Below are positions 10,924 to 25,300 of a stretch of DNA of 64,000 bases, in pieces. The notes under the pieces are model-generated. The model was not told the DNA's origin, ran no database searches, and was given only the letters and a program-made list of their open reading frames with translations. This DNA is from Balanoglossus misakiensis. Lineage: Eukaryota; Animalia; Hemichordata. Numbering within the stretch: the first letter of the stretch is position 1; the number at the start of each line of letters is the position of its first letter. The stretch is from assembly GCA_040954595.2 (NCBI GenBank), contig CM082597.2:2058422-2122421 (forward strand), read 5' to 3'. The position numbers and the translations under genes are program-made.

Positions 10924-13324
10924 ACATATGATAACCTCAAAATATTACAAACACCAAATCTTGAAAGCATAACAAAATACCAGTTTGCCAATGTAGAATT
11001 TCAGCACCTGCTTCAGCTAAAAAAATCTTGAATTTTAACAACTAACAGCTGTAACTTTTGATGTTATTTTGCAGACCACAATGAGAATAAAATCTTGACC
11101 TCTCAAGACAGATTCAATGGTAGATGGCAGATCCTATGTATTTTACCTCAACAACTCAACTAAAATTATAGAAAGTCATTGAAGCTGAGGACAGTATCTT
11201 GGGGACGTGTACTAATTCCTAGTAATGCAATAACACAGAGATATTCATAATGAAACTGTGCCTCTAACTCATGCTATGGGATACAGAGTTCATATTATTT
11301 CCCATCTTTAAAAACAGAAAGTGAATAAAATAGTAATCTAGAATATGTGTTTGAGGTAGGTACTAAATATTGTCCGAGAACAGTCTCATGAAGTTCAGCA
11401 GTTATACCATCAAAGTTTACTGGGAGATATTGCGAACAGTACTGGTTGCAGATGTCAAGTGGACAGGAGAACTAGAAAATCTACAGAATTTGGCAGTTTT
11501 TAAAATATACCTCAACAATTAAAGGGTAATAAATGGCACATTTTTTCATTATCTTAAATATATTTTTTGTTTGGTGTAGGAAGTTAACTACTTTTTCCAT
11601 GACCTTCAAAGGATTTTGCTACCTATCTAAATGAAAAAAATGCCCAGAATCTCATGATGCCAGATTCTGCTATAAAGAGTAGTCCAGCTACATGTACATG
11701 TATGACCAAACTAAAACAGTACAATGAGTTCTAATGGCTACAGGCAGAGACAGAGCTTGTCATTAACATGAAGGCTACACAAAATATCACCTATCAAGTC
11801 TCATGATAGGAACATGTGTTTGTGCGTCATCTGTCTAGGACCTCCATGTACTGTACAAATACAAAAATACAGAACATCATTATCAGGCATACAGTGGATG
11901 TATAATAATACAAAGTACATGTACATGTATTTGTATGTATACATCCTATACAACATGTGTTAGAGCTCTAAAATTTGCATGTGTGGCTAATCACAGAAAC
12001 ATAAAAAACATCTCAAATATCATAATGATTTAAATAACTTTACTGCTTTAAATTAATGAAGTATACAAATCCAACTTAAAATTCACATAATATGAATAAG
12101 ACTTTCTTGAACACATTATTTTAATTAAATTATACAATAAACAGAAGATATACAGACTACATAACCTGTATCAGTAATGCACATAGTTTGGTACACACTT
12201 GTATGTGTATAAAATAATGCAGTATGAATATCAAATACTTTATGCCTTTTTTTTGATAATTGAAATACATCATTATTGTGGTAACAAACTTCGGGTTTCA
12301 GCCCTGGCTTGTACATAAATCGTAATAATGTACAGGTCAGTACATAACTCGCAATAATGCATGTACAGGCCTGTATATAACTTGAAATAATGTACAGCAA
12401 AGATAACATTACAAAAGTAATAATACTGTCTACAAAAAAGGGGGTAATTGGTCAAAAACTATGACCATATAACAATGTAAGTATTTGAAAAAGAACAGTA
12501 ACTGGTACATCAATCAATGAGAACAATTCAGCAATACCTGTAGTACTATTGGTAGAGCTCTCAAGTGCTAGCACCAAATATATTTGATTTGTGACTATAA
12601 AGTAATTGTGATCAAGCTCCATTTTTGATATGGTCTTTCGCTACACAACAAGAGATATGTAAAATAAACCATTCTATAAGATGTTGATTGTCTTTCAATG
12701 ATACTATTTCTATGCCAATGACGAAACCTGTAACATGCAGTATCAGTCCAGCTGGACAATCTGTTGACACTGCATCACTATAGAAACTAAACTCCATATC
12801 ACAACATTGCAAATCAACTGTAAATGACAACAATGTCACTGAATCAAGCACCTTTAACATGATCCCTCTGAGGGGCCGTGGATAATTAAAAACACATGCA
12901 ACATAAGCAACATTTCTTTGTTACAAGGAGGAGCTTTAGTACTTTGATTATCATGTGCGGCATATTCACAATTTCGAAGCCTGAATATGCATGATGATTG
13001 CTACCAGTAAATAGTCCTTATACTATTATTAAGGTCAATGGATATTGCTATTTTAAATTGAAACAGTGATTCAACTTTTGATTTTCTTCATTTTTAGAAT
13101 TGAAATATATATATATTTTTTAGAAAGAAGGTAGCGTGAGTATGTTAAAGTTCACAGAGGATGAAAGAGGTTTGAATCAATTGCAAGTTATATTGTTGGT
13201 TATGTATGCACATGTTTTAATTACCCACAGCCCGTAACACTGGTAAATAGTTATTCAGCTATACTATCCAGTTGGGTGGCTCTATTATAACCTTTGTCAT
13301 TATTACTTTCCCGAGGAATCTCTC

Positions 13325-16300
13325 TCACTCTCCATTTCCCATTCCTGCAGTGACTGCTGAACAGATTGTCTGGAGTTCATCGACGAGAGCTTCGTGTCTG
13401 AATGTCACTCGGATGTCTGGCACATTGGTACGAGTGATGTCGTTGCCATGTTGGCCTTCCTTTCTGTAGCTGAGCCCTAACCAGTATTGCTTCATCTGAA
13501 ATTAGATGGTACATGCGCATTATGTACAAGCGAGTTAAACACTCACACAGTAGCACTAAACTTTAATGGGAATAAACTACAACATCCAAGGGAGACATAT
13601 GCTTTTATCTGTTAATACTTAAATGAAAATTTTTCACACGCGGTGCACGTAAGCCATTTGAACACAGTATCCTCTTAGTCCGGAATAAATACTGCCATGA
13701 TCTGATGTTCTTGCAACACAGACACCTTCTATGGACACACAGACCAAAATAACAAGCTAACACAAATAGGCAACACTACAAACCCACAATTTGGGTACTC
13801 TATAATCTTACCTCATGTGGAAATCCACTCATAAGGACACTGTTCCGTGCCAACTCACACATGTCACATGGAGAGAGTTTCCACACCTGAGCTGCTATAC
13901 TGTACTCCTCCATAAGAGGTTCCTGAAAAAGCGATCCACCAGAAAATCAAGATATCTTATACAAATCTTATATATATTTCAATATTTCTGTTCATTGTAT
14001 CTAGTGAAGATTCCTGTTCAACTCTCTTATCTATAACATGCATGATACGCCGAGGCATCAGCTTGCCACCCAGATTGTGTGTAATTTCTTCATGAGCAGT
14101 TATCAGTCTCGCATTCCATCAATGCTTTACCTTAGTAAAGTGAAACTGTAGTGGGTCATCCGTGGACAGGGACACCACTAGCCCCCTGGCTAGAAATTCC
14201 GGCAGTGGATTGCGGTGATAGTTGAGGAACAGTGAATTGTTGCTGAGTGGTGACATTGCGATGCCGATCTGTGACAGGTAGTACAAGTACTGTAGAACTG
14301 GAGACTGCAAAGGAAAAATAATTACACATTAAAAGGATACAATCACTAATTTACAAAGTCATCCATCTGCAACATCTACCATCCAGCTAACTAACTGCAT
14401 GTCAATTACATTATCTACCATCGATCTACTTTACATTTCACACCAATACAACCATCTACCATCCATCTACGCAACTCTAAACACTACTGCTGTCATCTAC
14501 AATTAATCTGCCTATCTGCACACCAATACAATCATCTGCCACACACATCTTTCAAACCATCTGCCATCAATCTGCCAACCTCACCTTCCTTAGCAGCAAA
14601 CCATGTGAGATATTTTCAGCTGTGAGAAATGCTGCCACCAAGTGGTGTACAGGACCAGCTTCACCGCAATGGGGTCTGAATGCAAAGGTGTTGAAACCTC
14701 TCTCCCTAAAAAATACACAAAATGAATATTAAATTTTCTATTACATACTTTTCAATACCAAACATAAATTACATGCAGAAATGTATTCTGAGTCATGTAT
14801 AAATCCAAGATTTGCCAGGAGTTGTGCGTGTCTCCTGATTTATAATACACTAACTCTGTTGAAGTTTATCACAGACATAGAGACAACAGAATACACTTAC
14901 TTCCTGAAGTGGTTCAGCACGAGTATGTTAGCGTAAGTGTAATACAGATAATATGCATATGGAGGATTTTCCAACTCTGTCCATTTGTCCGGAGTTGGAC
15001 TGTCTTTTGTAAATACGTAACGTTCTGGTTTGGATTCGTCGTCAACGCTGTCAAAACCAGTAACCTGTGGAAGTGCACATTGATTCATAAATTTCATCTT
15101 CATGTAAACAAATTAGCATACTCAATTCTCCCTATAGGGTGTCCTAACAAATGACCATAACATTGGCTTATTAATTTTTATTTTTTTCTCATTCCCAATG
15201 GTTTTCCCAGAGATACTTACATGTTGCAGGAAGCAGTGCAATTCCGGATGTCCCTCCGGATTCTGTGTGACTTCAAACAGTGGCATGAAGATGTTATCCA
15301 ACATCTCCTGAAAGTTTGAGACTACATTCTTGGCTCTGTAAATGTCACTGGAAGATGATACGAAAGAGGAAGAAATTTATGAATAGTAAACTCGTACCGA
15401 AAAATATCAGACTGTAATTGTAAGGATCACACAGAGGTCATGAAAGTGGTCTATTTGAAACTTATAAAGATGGTTAATGACAGTAAATATGTCACAAGAA
15501 TATTGTCATCCATCTGTACAATGTCATAGGAAGTATTGTTCTATTGCCGTTGCAAAAACAACACACTAAGATAGGGGAGCATTTATGTTTGTGAACTCAC
15601 TAGAGCCTAGGGAGCTGAACCAGCCATCTGATGTTGTCTGAGTAGACATTGTGCGTCACAGCCCACTTAGCTAATTGATCCCATTCATCACGGTCCTTCC
15701 CGTAAATGGATAATCTGTACTCAGCATTCTGATACTTGGATTCTTCCAGATCAGACGCTACTTCCTACAGAGCACAGAAACTTTGTTAGAGTGCAAAAGG
15801 TTATAAAATGAAAACTTAAATGCATAGAAAAATAAAACTTACTTTAATCAGCTGTGCAAAGAACATCCCATTGTTGTAGTTATTTGTTTTGATAAATATC
15901 TCCCTCAGTCTACTCTCCCCGATTGGGTTGTACTTGGAATTGAATTTGTCAAAACGGTGAAATGTGTTACGGTCCTGAAATAACAAGTATATTTCACTAG
16001 TATCAGTATTGGTAATTATGAATGTAAGATTCTCATAGTCTCTAGTTTGCTGCATGTATGCCAGTCAGGCTCTGTATAGAGCCATCATGTGATGATGTAG
16101 CCAAACACAGCAAATTCACACAGCGTCCAAACTTCACTGAAGCAGTATTATGGCACACAATCGATCACAGGATAAGTTGGCTTAGATAAGAGACTCTATT
16201 TTAAGTCTGTGCAAAACCACAGCTTCTTAGTGTGACTGTGAATATACAACAGTTCACCTCAGGCAGCACATATTAGAGTTAATACTCACGGCATGTACGT

Positions 16301-19300
16301 CCAACATATCGACAGTTAAGTCATAGGACGTCAGCTTCAGAGATTCAAACACCTGGGGAAAAAAAATTGAAAATTATACAGAATGGTACAGTCCAAGTCC
16401 TGGCAGTACAATTTACACAGTCCCACAGGACTGCACAGCACTTGCATGATGAACATTTGCTCATGGTCAGCACACGATTTATCCAGATGGAACTCACCTG
16501 CGTAAGAGTCAATTTCTTGCCATTGTCATCGACCACCACCTCGTCCGGGTACTTCTTGAGTCGACTCTTGATGAAGCGAAGTAAATGTTTCTGATTCATG
16601 CAGGATGCAGCGTGTACGTGAGTGTCAACCTATAATACAATAGCGATACAGCAAACGCAATATATATAAGACTCGCATCACAGAGTTCATACCTTTCAAA
16701 TCATACAAAATTCAAAGTCTTTGCAGGGAGTTTTCCCTGTGATTCTCAAGAGAATATATCTTACCTTTCTAATATTATAGAAATCCCTATGTGGGACACT
16801 TCTTTGTGCTGCCAGTTCCTTCATCTCGTTAAGTAGAATATGCAACTGATAGCGTGATGACAAGTACTGTAAACGTCGATATGCAAAGGATTTTCTGTAA
16901 ATGGAAAATAAATGCATCTGAGAGTTGGATAGACTGGGAACCTGTGGTGTTTGCGTGTTGATTTATGAATGTAACTACATGTATTCCTAATTATGATATT
17001 ATATGTACATAGGCAGATGTGTGGTGGGTCTAACATTAGGGGCAGGGTGACCTCACTCTTTTCGAAATACCTGATTTCACAACCTTGTATTACTGCAAAT
17101 GCAAATACAATTCCACTGGACTTATATATGCCTAGGAAAATCCATGTTAAAGGAAAATTGAGATTACGTACATTGGTCCATTAGCCATCAGCGCTGTCAG
17201 TTCGTTCATATCCGCCAGGAAAGACGCTCTGTCCACATACGGAAATTCCATTGGTTTGGTCTTATCAGCTGGAGATTCATCGTCCTCAGCCGGAAAGATG
17301 TGGATGATTCCTTCGATCATTTTCATCTGGCACTTGATTGGTCCCGGAATATCTACGTCGAAGGGATGCTTGTCGGAAGTCGGAGGATGAATGGGATGGT
17401 CTGGTGGAGAAATAAGAAGTTGGGCTGAGTTTTACACTGTGATTCTTTGCAGTGACTCTTAATGATCACCGCCATCGGAAAATTTAAGTCAAAGTTGTTG
17501 GTTTAGTTCTATGCAAAATATTCGCAAAAATGAAATATTTTGCATGTAAAATTAGCGCTTTCCAAAACCTTCACCATCATATTTTTTTTCCATGTCAGAC
17601 TCACCAAGTTCAGATGGTGAGCCTGCTATGTCATCATCCTCTTGTTCATCAGCAAAGGTGGCTTTGAGTTTGCCGTCGACCGTTCTCAATGCTCTGGAGG
17701 TTGTCTTGGGAAATCTCTGCAGGGCCAGCTTCATGTATTTCTCCCTCATCATCAAGGCTGAGACGATGCTCTTGGAGGATTCTTGTAAATCCTCAAACGG
17801 AACCTGAATGGAAGGAAATAACTGAGGGTCAAAAAAATCTGACAGTTCATGTGTCTTGCTGTTAAATATATGTCTCTTGCATAAGACTTAATAGTTTGGT
17901 TGGTGATGATGTGCATACAAGTTATGTGAGAGAGACAGAGACACAATCTGGCAGACATGGGAGAGAGAAACAGAGACAGAGAGAGACTGGCAATAGACAG
18001 AGAGACATACTGGTACAAACAGACAAAGTAAAGGAAAGCCAGGCACTAGAGAACATGCTTTAGGAAGAGTGAATACGAAAACAAATCTCACCCCAGATGT
18101 GTCATTTCCAGTAATCGAAACTCTTTGGAACTGTGTGGCCAGACTTTGATCAATCTTTCGCTGCACTTTCTCCTGCTTCTCTCTGGGCATGGGTTCACCA
18201 AATTCAACATCATTGTCAAATTCACCCATGGCAATGGTGTAGGACCTGGCCATCATTAAATAAAAATATGAGAATACACCAAAGTTAATGATGAAATATC
18301 TGGGGTAGAGTATTTCATTGTTTATCTTAAAGAACAAATTACATTACCTATTTGGGAAGTTACTTAACCTACATGTATTACCTTACAACTACATACATGA
18401 TATATCTGTAATCACAAGTTTGGATAACTATGAGCATGATATAATGAAGCATGATGTGGTATGTGACCAAATATGATACGTTAATGGTCAAAAATCAACC
18501 TTCCAAATTTGGCAACTAATACTCAAAAATTTAAAGTGTGAAGCATCAGCTGAATTTGTAAAACGATATCTCTAATGTACTATCGGTAGTTGCATTTAAT
18601 TGACCATAAACAAATCCACCATATGTGGTCACAGTACATGAGAGGAGCAAGGTGATAAACTTGGGTCCTTCACCCCCTGTTCCTTCTTGTTGGTTCCGCC
18701 CGCTGAGGCTAAAACAACAGGGACGAACCACGCTATAGGGGTGGCAGAGATGAATCAGATGGAGATGACACTGACAAGACAACAGACACCACATGACAGC
18801 ACAAGACAAAACATGACAACACATGCAGACATTACCACAGATTTTTGCATTCACTACAGTGCGTGTCTCGATCTGTCCTCTGGGCTAGCTGATAGACAGT
18901 GCCCCCAAGAGGTGATTTTTTTTCTGTCAGGCGGAGACAATGTACTGTAGGTGCAAGATGATTAGTGCGACGAATAACTAAACCTTCCCCACATGGTGAT
19001 TACGTGATGAAAGATGCTAGATTCCGAGGTGTAGGGAGCAAAATTTATGTGTTTACAGTAGGAAACAATATCATGCAAAATTAGGGGAAATGTGCCAATG
19101 TTAAATGGTGAATTATACTAGTATTAAGATTTAGTAATGGTTATACTCTACACAATTAAAACATGCACTACAAAACTATCCAAAGCTATATCCATACTGG
19201 AAGAAAATAAATACAATATGATCAATATTCAATTTTCGTATTCTGACCAGAACTGAAACAGAGTAAAACTGGGCAAGAACTAAAGGCAGATGATCTAGGG

Positions 19301-22300
19301 AAGCAGGCAATTCTGGGACAAAACAAATGTTAAGATCATTTCAACTGGAGCAGCTCAGCGTGTCTGCCATGAACACCTGTGTGAAAAAGTGCCACTCAAA
19401 AGCAAATTTGTGCTAGTCAAGATGTTGTAAGTTTTCACAAAATTAGCCACACATTATATAAACTATTTTTCGTCTCCCATTGTCCATGTTCTTGGCTGCT
19501 TCGTACATCTGTAGTGCATGCCCACTCCTACCCTGATGGTGAAAAAATCCATCGAGATCAAACCAGTCCAAACTAGATTGCTCTAGCAGGACCGGTTCAC
19601 ATCAGTTTGGTCTAGGCCACCTCTGAACATTTTATTTTTAATCCCTGCGATATAAGCCCAAAGTCTAAGCGAATCTTTCAGTTGTTCCTATAGTTACCTG
19701 TCCAAGGCATGTCTGTTGCCTTCACCTGTAGAATTTCTTATACCGTTTGGTAACCTAGGTGACAAAATTAATGAAACGCAACACAAAGGATTAAAGGAAG
19801 AGCTTATGAAAATCACGAGCATCTACATATTAACATGAAATTATATGGGACTATTTACATACACATACAAGTATGAGCGAATATGACAACATGGAAAACG
19901 GAATATACTATTTACATTTTTACATAATTTTACTGAACTATGCTGTACTAAGTGAAAACTGATGGTTGTGCAATTTGCGTTTGGATAGTGTAGTTCGGAA
20001 TTCCACTCTTTCCTCCCAACGACTTGTAGGCACAACCCGACCATTTACACAACAGATGGGTAGGGAGGGCAGAATGTTTATTTCTTTAATAGATAACAAG
20101 AAATGCTTTCAACCTTTTCTGAACCTGAAATTGCACATGCATGTTTTTGCTCGTTTTTCAGGTATGTTCTGAAGAATCCTTTTGTGCAATCATTCGTTGC
20201 ACATAATTTATGGGTTTTCTCAAGACACCGAAATCAATATTACACAGAAAGACTGGTAAAGAAAAGGTTGAAAACCATAACTTTAATTTTAACGATTTAA
20301 CTATATCGTGAAAATAAACTATGAGTGAAACTGGAACGATTAAAGAGAACTGGGAGTGTTTGTGACGGCACCACCATTGGTAAAGATGATCCACCATTTT
20401 GTTTTCGTGCAAAAGTGAACAGGTTTGGACACAAGAGGGCGGTGTTTATAAAGAGGGCGCTGTTTGAAATGAACAGGGAGCGTGAGAGCAGCTGGGAACT
20501 GAAATGAAGGTGCCAGCTTCATCTTCCAGGGCCCGCAGCCATGCACCAGTCACACGCTTCTCAAGCTCTCCTAGATCACACAACAAAAATGACACCTGAT
20601 ATAATAAAAAATGACATCTGAATAAGAGAAAAGATTTAACGATAATGAATTCTTCGGACACACCTGCTTGAAGCGTTACAGCTATCGGACATTCCACTGC
20701 TGATCAAAAGTCGTCAATTGTGTGTGCGTATTTTGTTTTTTTGTGAATACGTCAGAAAGCACACACAGTTAGCCAGGAGGTGAGTTTTCACACGGTTACA
20801 TGGAGAAACACAGACAGGGAGGCAGACAGGGACACGCATGACGTGACAAACAGGGTGACACACAGAGTAACACAAAGTGTGGAGAGAAAGAAAGCATTGT
20901 TAGTATAGTATACAGGTAAAAAGTAGTATCAACAGTCATTTTTGATTTCAGAATCTTGCCTGAAATGCTTTGCTGGAACAGATTTGGGGTTCTATACACA
21001 AAACAATTTTGAAAACGTTCCCTCTTGGCCAAATAATCGCAAAAAAGAGTATGAACAAAAAGCCATCACTGCACTGCACTCCGAATGTATGTCCAGACTC
21101 ACGTGTGACTGAGTTGCCGATCCAGAGCAGCCCGTTGCTCCTGGTTCTTCTCGATGGGAATTTCGGCCGGGAATTCGTAATGAGCGCATCTGGATTCACT
21201 CCCTTCCGAGCCGTTCATGTAGATGGAGTTGGCGATCTCTTCATACTTGTCGTCCATTGGCGTGGGCACGTGTTTCGGAAACGATCGCGGTTGCTTCGGG
21301 GAGAAGGCAGCAGGAGGGGTCTCTGTAATGAAAGCAGATAATCACGAGAATGAGATATGACCCTGTCAAAATCTCCGACGGAGTCTGATTACTTGTTATA
21401 AGATTTCAGACCCTGTCAACATCTTTGAGGTACAGTAGTCTAGACCTCATTAGAGCTGCATTATTATAGAACTCGCATGACTTCAGCAACAATAAGGCTC
21501 TGAAAGATTAGAATACTCCGCAATTGTGTTGCCAAGTAACAGCAACATGAGAATGTCCCGAACGTGCAAAAATCGAATGTCACAATTAGTAGTAAAAAAG
21601 GTGGTACTTCCAAGTATTCAAACACTCTGTGTAGTGGCCTGTGGATGTTTTTTTTTTAATTGCCATTGAAGGGAAAATCTGTGACTGGCTGCATAGGCGA
21701 TTGTATCCCTTTAATGTCTGGTAGCCAATGAAGACAGCATTAGTCAATTTGAAAATTTTATTCCAGACAAATATGACTGACAGAGCCCAATCAGTCTGCC
21801 ATCAATGAAAATGCCAGGATGAAGGGGTCATACAGGGGTCACGCGAGTGGTCAGTTGGCTCGTGACTGTCCCCCTGGCGATAATACAATTAATATTGATC
21901 GAATCAACCTCTTCACAGACACTCAGCAACCTGGTATCAATTCGAAATCTGGCTCAAGATTGCGCAAATAATGTTTATGTAACAAGCATAAAAAAGAACA
22001 AGGATTGTATAACTTCATGTAATAAGCTAGTGGTAATAACATGATAGCAATATAATGCAATCCTTCCAAATTGTAATACATATTTATTTTATCATGGTAC
22101 CTGAAGTTCTTCGTTAAAGGGACAAAGTCTCTCTGTCGCTGTCCTTTTTTCCATTAATTATGTTTGATACAAGACACTGTTTATGTCAATGTACATTTGG
22201 ATATATAGTGAATAAATGATCAACCACACAAAACTTCCATCCCGCTTGTATGATATGAGAGTAAAAACTCGCCCAAAATGAATAAATGGTAAAGAACGAT

Positions 22301-25300
22301 TATTCATTTTGGCGAGTATTTTTACTCTCGTGTCTACAAGTGGGACGGAAGTTGTATTTGGCTGAACGTTCATTCACTATATATCTACATGTAGAATAAC
22401 AAACGGTGTCTTGTATCAAATATAATTAATGGAAAAAAGGGCAGCGAGAGAGAGACTTTGTCCCTTTAAAAAAAGATTCAAGGTGGGTGGCAAAACTTTA
22501 TGTATTCAGCAAACATACAAAAAAGAAGCATGGCTAACTTAACAAGAAATGTCTAGAAATATCTGAAATCATAGATTTTAATGACAGGAACAGGAATCTG
22601 TGGCCGTGGCAACCATGACAACAGCTGAGGTATTTGTCAACAATCCAGGCGACATTTTTTGCTGTACAGAGATCTGGGGAAAAGTGTAGATATATAATGA
22701 GTTGTTAATGATACTGCCACAACCATGCAGTGAGTGACCCCACACGATGACAGCTTTTCAAACCAGAACCCAATTAATATTTCACACCTCTCCCTCGGCT
22801 CGGTGGTGTCATCACGAGCTGCAGAATATAAAATCCTTCATATTTGGGCATCGTGTACAAAATAAAGACACCGCATTTTATGTGTTAGGTAATCCAGGAG
22901 AGGAGGCCTCTAAATCAATAATCTACCACAGCTGGAAATAAATCTGTCAATGTCATATCATTATGTGGGACTCCAGCTCTCTCCGATACGACTAGAAAAA
23001 TTCACATTCGCTCAGTCGGGAATCGATTTTACCGCCTCGCAATCACCTTTCATAAGGAGATATTGAATCCGGCATAAATGTGACCCCACCATGCCGGGTT
23101 CAGTTTTCCAGAATTCCAGAATATCAGTACAGGACAGTGATTTATTTGATATAAACAACAGCTGGCAAAAAATAACCAGCTAGAACAAATACTGCCATAT
23201 CAGGGTAATTTCACTCCATACTATAACTTCCTAAAAATATACAATACCATTATTTTTACACATTGTAATCCTAGCTAATAATTCTTTTCAGCCGGTACCT
23301 ATAATTTACACTGCAAACGATGCAAAAAAAAATTATAAACAGAAACGTGATTCATCTCTTTGTGATGTTAAAAAAGAATTTTAATAAGGAGCCTTAAAAA
23401 AACATCAGATTTGTAACTTCAGGATGAAAATAACCCATCATATAACACTGCGACACAACATACATGTACATCTACATCTGAAATCAAGACACTCACCCCG
23501 CAGGCTATGAAGACGCAATCACCGACAGAACAGAAGATGTAATTTTACTCTGATCAGAAAATACCCAGTTTGCTTTTAAAGAGAGTGGATGTGTATATAC
23601 CCAGTATTCTGGCTGCCTTTTTTTTTAACGAAGTAGAAATGCTTCTTCTTCGCTGACAGGCACACTGTGATGGACAACCAACTGATAAATGTAATTTTCC
23701 TTTATCGTACAAATACATTACCTTAGCATCAGCTGAGAGTAATGAGGATTCCATTGTGACTGAGAGGGGGATCGGGGTCTTCTTTGGAGGGACTGGACAT
23801 GGTATTGAGGTCAAGTCCATTTGGAAGGATAGGGTATGTAGGTTATCTTTTCAATTAAAGGTTGGAAGTGATGTGATATTTGTTTAACAGAAATTCCATC
23901 TGCAGTAGGAGTATAACGCAAACAGAAATGATGATAAGATCCTAATGATAAGATTGGATCTCTGTCCTATATCCATCCACTTATTGCTCCAGTTAAAAAA
24001 AATCGACAAAAACAATGGTTGCCCGACAGGTTGGCGACAGTATCCTACACACATTACGAGCATACCTTTGTGTTTTGGTTGTTATGGCACAAGAGGTATT
24101 TACTCCAATAAATATCAAATCTGTTGTCAGTGTTGTGAGTGCACAGCGCTGAAAGAATGACTTGATCAGCCGGTGAGAGATGAAATTACTACTATGTAGA
24201 CAGTGGTTACTAGACAGTGTGCCCTCTAAGCCCATATGATGCGCCACTGACTCAACAAACTCACTGGTGACTCAAGAAAATTATCCACACTACAGGCAAA
24301 GGTACATGTATAGGGCTGGCTCAAAGAAATTTTTAGAAATCCTAAATTGGACTCAAAGCTTTTAAATATTATGTTTGTTAGAGGGCACACTGTTATTCTG
24401 GGTTGGACCAGTACAGTCATCAGATAAAGGATAAAAGATCATCTCTACATCTGATTTTATAATCACGTTGGCACAGTGACGCAGGCAATGTTAGAAACAC
24501 ATACGCACGAGTTATCGGAATGTAGCAGTTCACAGGCCTTATATATTATCACAGTAGTCAAATTTCATTTATGATAATGATATGATGAATCTCAAAGTGG
24601 TATCTTGCCCTGTGACGGACACATAAGTCATGGCAAGTATTTCCTGCATACTTCAAAGGTCAACACCCCCGTTTCTTCAGTGGTATGGCCTGTCTAACAC
24701 TAGGATGTTGCAATCACCTCCCTGATTTAGGTAAATCGACATGCACAGAAAAGGAGGGGATGTGAGTAAACAGGCAGCCATCATGGAGACAATTGCATAT
24801 CATCCTATCTTTATTCAAAGGGACAATATCAGATATTACTTCAGTGTAGTTTTTCAATGGTTCACCAATATTATAGCAAAGCTGCATACACAACTCAACA
24901 AAAACTAACCAGATTATCACGATTTCAATGACGGTGTATCATATTTGCCATATGGAGTATCTCTGGGATGAAAACTGATATATAAGTTCGGTGACCTTGC
25001 CTTGTGTATTTAACTGTTAGCAGGAATACATCTATGTACACATTTGCCTACCTCGCTATCAAACAGCAAACATGGTCTGTGGACACAATGTGCAGGACCC
25101 TTGGCCAGTTAGAGTTCCGCTATCTCATTATTGCGAAATATATTTCAGAAAGCCACAGCCAAGATAGATACATGTACTTGAGGTGGTGTGATGCGTTTTG
25201 AATTGTCTGATATTTGGGGCAAAGTCACGGAACAGGGGTCGGGAATTTCTGCACTTGACTACATGTTGCGTGGCAATCAGTAGCTACGTAGTAAAACTTA

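Noticed and set aside
20446-20570. Possible extra AMPD exon ([19 protein letters not shown]...)
   Set aside because: It is open only in phase 1, whereas the flanking intron is phase 2, and it has no AMPD similarity.
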